DNA of 64,000 nucleotides, counting the filler, from Circinaria calcarea (lineage: Eukaryota): assembly GCA_051942165.1 (NCBI GenBank). It is 8 parts of 8 records of this genome, joined end to end, with 100 filler letters (N's around TTAATTAATTAA, not from the genome) between each part and the next. Parts side by side here need not be neighbours in the genome. Positions count along the whole stretch, not along the records: positions 56,760 to 64,000 come from JAVECS010001377.1; 7 more parts are not named here. One strand, 5' to 3'. Below the pieces are notes generated by a model that saw nothing but the letters and a program-made list of their open reading frames with translations, searched no databases and had not been told where the DNA came from. This document shows, one piece after another, positions 59,851 to 64,000 of this stretch. The position numbers were made by a program, and so were the translations under genes. Every line of letters begins with the position of its first letter. Position 1 is the first letter of the stretch.

Positions 59851-62800
59851 TTAAACATTTTGTAAATAATAGGCAAGTGTCTTCTCTGATGCAACTCGAT
59901 CCGGATGATCTATAGCCAGCGTTACTTCTGTAATTTTAACCACCTGCTCTAGCAGCTCTACCGCTTCCTTCACTTGCCCATTCGACTTATAAGCTCTAGC
60001 TAACGCGTGCTGCGAGGCTAGTCGATCTGGATGATCCACAGCCAGAGTTTCTTCAATCTTGACCACCTGCTTCAGCAGCTCCACGGCCCTCTTGCTCTTT
60101 CCTAGATTGAACAAGCTCCGTGCCTGGAGCTCATATAGCGGCAAACACTCTGCTGACACTTCTTCAGGGTTCTTTTTAAGTTCCACAAACATATCGTCTA
60201 GAACACGACCGAGTCGAGAGTCTTGCCGCATCTTTAGAAGAGCCCAGCCACATTGGAGAAGTATTGGAATTATCGTGGCGTCGGTTCCGAATGTCAGCAC
60301 CCTCCTAATCTCTATATCTAGGTAGGACTGTATGTGCGGCAATAGGCGTCGCTCTCGCGTCCGCCACATATGTCTATTCGATCGAGAAAGTGCAAGAACA
60401 CATCCAGCAGCGACCCAAGCGTCGCCTTGCTGGGCCAACTCCTGACGGTCCTTAGCCCAGACGTGTGTTAATGCATGCATCGATAAACCAGATGACCCGT
60501 CCAGATCGTGTCGTGCGACCAAGGAAAGCGATACCAGTAAAGAGCTAGCCTCAACGAGACGGTAAGCATCCCATTCGTTGCTGTCGGCTAATATAAAGCT
60601 CGGTAATCGCAAAACGTGACTTCGAGACATAGCGCTCATATCACTTGTCTCTTCAGCGCTAGTGCCGAGGACTTCTCTGCCACTATTCCATGCTTCCTCA
60701 AAGATTTGAAAAGGAAGAACGCTGGAACTTAACATTGACAGGATTGCGAGCAAGTATAGAGCATCATGTGCAGCCTGGCTTCCAGACTGCTCTAGCACAT
60801 CTGCAGATGCTTCGAAGGTCGCATAAACGTTGCAATACCTCGACTGCGCCTGTTTTGGCTTGTACTTCAAAAGCCGCTGTCGCTGCCGTCGATATACCTC
60901 GGGGTATTGATGGAGATGACAGTGGCCTTGCGCAATATATGCACCGGCCTGGAGCAGCGCGAGCGTGTGTGATCCTAGAAGGCGGACAACCTCCTCGGCC
61001 TGGCTAGCGTGAGATGGCCATAATTCTTTAGGGACCTCTGCTGCTTTGAGTAAGAGTTCTTGGGAATCCCCATTTTCAAGACCTTCGAGTGCCTCGGTCG
61101 CATCTGGGCTATACCGCCTGCACTCAGAAACACGAGATGTCATAATTACGGCGCCCTGAGTTCCGGATGGAAGGTACACTTGGTAGTCGAAATCCGGGTC
61201 ATCGGCATTATCAAGGATGAGCAGCCAGTTTTGCTTAATGTTTGCGAGAACTTGAAGAGCATCAGAGACAGTCTCGACCGAGCGCCCGAGAATCTTTGCA
61301 ACCGCGATAAGATCACTCTTAGCAGTCGAGGGTTTGCCGACATCGACCCAGAATACTCCCCAAAACCTATCGTTGTTAGCTAAGATAGTACCCATAATAT
61401 CGCAGGCATGATTAAGACGTACTCTTCCCGCGTCACACTTGCAACCTTCAAACAGATCTCGCTCTTCCCTTGGCCTCCTAGCCCCGTAATAACGAACCTC
61501 CTTTGCTTGTCGGCAGAGGAGGTATGATTGCACAAGGTCTCCCGTATTCGAAGCAGGAGGTCGGTCCGCCCTGTAAACAGTTCATTGATAGGACGAGGTA
61601 CCATCCAATGTATATTTCCATGCCTCATAGCACCGGTGTCTGGAGTAAATAGATTAGTCGTGTTTAATTCCCATATAAGGTTTAGTATGTTTACCTTTTG
61701 CGCGATGATGGCCGGCCACAATTGAAGGTCCATCGTTAACCATTCTTTGGATCTCAGGTAAAACCAACGCAAAATTCTCGTCATCCTTACCGCTGAACTT
61801 ATTAAGCCCAGAATGATCGGTGTCAAGGAACATCATCCGCTTCCCTAACAAACTAGCTGATTGCGGGCTTATAATCTATACTATTAATTAAACAAGGCAG
61901 ATTTTATGGATAGCAGCATTAACAAACCTGTGCCTTCAAAAGTCCATAATCGGCCTGTCTCTTCTCGTAGAAACAAACAAGACCCCGGTCACTGTAACTG
62001 CCCCAGAAGTCTCTCGATAGTCCATATAGAGTTGGACTATCTTTCTCCAGTAGCTCCAATAACGTAGAATCACACCCCGCAAGCCGAGCCAGCCACTTCC
62101 CGAACAACGCTGCGTCGCTTCCCTGGAAAGGGGCGCCGAGAAATATAATACCTGCCACGGAGAGGCCTAGATCGTTATAGCATTGCTGATGGATAGCTAT
62201 CACAAGCGTCTACGCTGATTAGTAGGTATAACATACGTTTATAACCTACTGAGAGCATACCTGCTGTATAACGAGGCTTCCAAGACTATGCCCGATAAGC
62301 ACAATTGGTCTCTGGCGCTCCTATCGGCTTGCATGCATTAGTGATTGAGTCAGTCAATCCAACATGTTCGCAAACCACGTACGTTTGCATGCTGCCTGTG
62401 CTGGAACAAGATGTTCAAGAGCTGTTCAGCGCATTCGCGCAGGTTGGTCTTGACGTCCCGATCTCTCCAGTCTGATTTGTAGCTGTAGGTAGCGATCCGC
62501 GCATTCGGAAATAGCGGCACGAGTAAGTCCCGCGGCCACATACACTCGATCGAGCCATCTCCTTTATCCTTGCTTCGCGGCTTGGTGCCCTGCGACTTGC
62601 TTGCTTTCCAAAACTGCACCGTATCTCTAAACCTCTTTGCTTCCTCGCCGTTCGAAGTCGCCGTCTTCTTGACCCAGGTGTAAAATGGGTGAGCGCCTAG
62701 GCCTTGGACCGCGATTATGCTAGGCCGGTCAGCGGGGTTTGGGTTCGGAGATAGCTTTGGCTTACTCGACTGCCGGCACAGCTCCGTCCACAGCGCCGCT

Positions 62801-62851
62801 AGACCAGATGTTTAAGCCACTGGACTTGACGGTCTCTTTCGTGCATGCCAT
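59851..62851 (-). CDS. Fungal NLR-like protein: alpha/beta-hydrolase (SesB/lipase-like) + NB-ARC + TPR, 7 exons
   Basis: IIAVQGLG, WPRDLL, IGHSLG, IIFLGAPFQG and TDHSGLNKF; FTGR, Walker A GLGGQGKS, Walker B WLLILDNAD, SMHALTH; TPRs TLAxDHPDRxAS. Six GT-AG introns restore one continuous frame. Confidence 0.88.
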
Positions 62852-63262
62852 ATTGCATTGTCTCCTATGTATCCGCTAGGTCAGGACCTCAGAAATGGTA
62901 ATGATGGGCGGCAAGGTGAAATCTGTGAGAGATATTGATCGGATCGCGCCCAAGACGTTCAGCGCTCAGCCTTTTCCGGCCGTCGGAATAGGATTATGGT
63001 GCCTCCGGCGAGATTATCTATTTCTAGCCTAGATTCATATTAAGAAATAAGTCCCTTCTCTTATTCTCTCAGAACCCAATTGCCTCGACGACTTGATATA
63101 ACTAGTACCAGGAAAGCATTTATACTTTCATGGAATAAGGTAGGTTATTCTCTTATATATACGACGACCTAGCTTAGTATTGCTCAGCGCTATAAGCTCT
63201 GTATAACACGGATGGTTCAGCTCGTTACGATGTGGGTTATCAATTGTATTAAGTAGAGTACA

Positions 63263-64000
63263 CTACGGCACTTCAGCGGTTTTGAATCGTAATAACTCTC
63301 GCCTACGTTGCCTCCGGCTTTTCACATACGCCCTCGTGGTCAGGAAATTAAATAGAAAGCACCATAAGAAGAGTAACAGCCCTATACCCGCAACAACTGC
63401 CGGTAACACTATCGAGAAGATAGTAAAACCATAAGAAGCTCGCTGAAACATCTGATTCCGCTGTAGCTCGGTTGTACCTAGGCCAACTTGCATCGCAGTT
63501 AAAACGATAGTTATGTATAGGAAAAGAAGCAAAACCCAGCCGAAATTACGGTCGAAAAAAATGGTGTAACTGTTGTACTCGGATATGTATCCTCGCATAA
63601 AGTGTTTTGGTTTAAAAATGTGGGTGAGTCGATATATGGTGTTAAGCCTGGTCAATCGTAGCTCCCCATATCGATAGCGCTTGTTAACCATATCCAAAGC
63701 TTCGCAGTCGACGTTCGAGAGAAATGTGTCAACAAACATAGTCCAGTTTTCCCAACTGATATGTGACGAAACTAGCCCAGTTTCCAAAGCGATCCTAAAA
63801 TCACTTGGGTGGCACAAAAGCCAGACATAAGATAGTAGGAAGCCACAGGAGCTAGCATGCAATACAGCATTGTTGCAAATAGTCTTTTTCCACAATTGCT
63901 CGTCGAAGATATAGTCCGGGAGAGGCTTCAGGAAAATCCGCGACTCATGCCATGTCAAATGCAAGTCGGCCTGTTCGGTGATTATGATTTGGCGTTCCAT
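63263..64000 (-). CDS. DUF6601-like membrane protein; 5' part lies outside the window
   Basis: IIITEQADLHLTW...IFLKPLP, GFLLSYVWL...SDFRIA, RYRYGELRLTRLN and VLTAMQVGL motifs; two C-terminal TM helices. Confidence 0.75.
   Translation of the reverse strand: MERQIIITEQADLHLTWHESRIFLKPLPDYIFDEQLWKKTICNNAVLHASSCGFLLSYVWLLCHPSDFRIALETGLVSSHISWENWTMFVDTFLSNVDCEALDMVNKRYRYGELRLTRLNTIYRLTHIFKPKHFMRGYISEYNSYTIFFDRNFGWVLLLFLYITIVLTAMQVGLGTTELQRNQMFQRASYGFTIFSIVLPAVVAGIGLLLFLWCFLFNFLTTRAYVKSRRQRRRELLRFKTAEVP

Noticed and set aside
61360..61430. Apparent frameshift in the NLR NB-ARC domain
   Set aside because: Explained by a canonical intron GTACGT...GCTAAC...ATAG that restores the frame.

Overview
Eukaryotic DNA from a filamentous ascomycete (Pezizomycotina-type genes, short GT-AG introns with CTRAC/CTAAT branch points, one intron-containing tRNA). 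The window is not one locus. It is eight contigs of about 8 kb, in descending length order, joined by identical artificial 100-bp spacers (N44-TTAATTAATTAA-N44), so neighbourhoods across spacers mean nothing. Most content is housekeeping: BOR1-type anion transporter, Ams2/Spt21 GATA factor, SMD2, DAK1, SNF4 (5' end), CCT2, IRE1, AIG1/FAR-17a, a Zn2Cys6 factor, an MFS transporter, eIF1AD, ALG3, PKC1 (5' end), ATG2, TDP1, EPS1-like PDI, QCR10, SRP54 and RRP15. The accessory or less usual items are: an apparently intact 7-exon fungal NLR (alpha/beta-hydrolase-NB-ARC-TPR) next to a DUF6601-like gene; an MJ1316-type domain with a substituted signature His; a hemerythrin-like pseudogene; a predicted GC-AG intron; and a gene-poor contig with a PTH11-like receptor, tRNA-Arg(TCT), an O-methyltransferase and a 66-67 bp tandem repeat. 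I found no strong evidence for a new multi-gene system; the candidates below are scored modestly. All family calls come from motif recognition by eye, not database searches.
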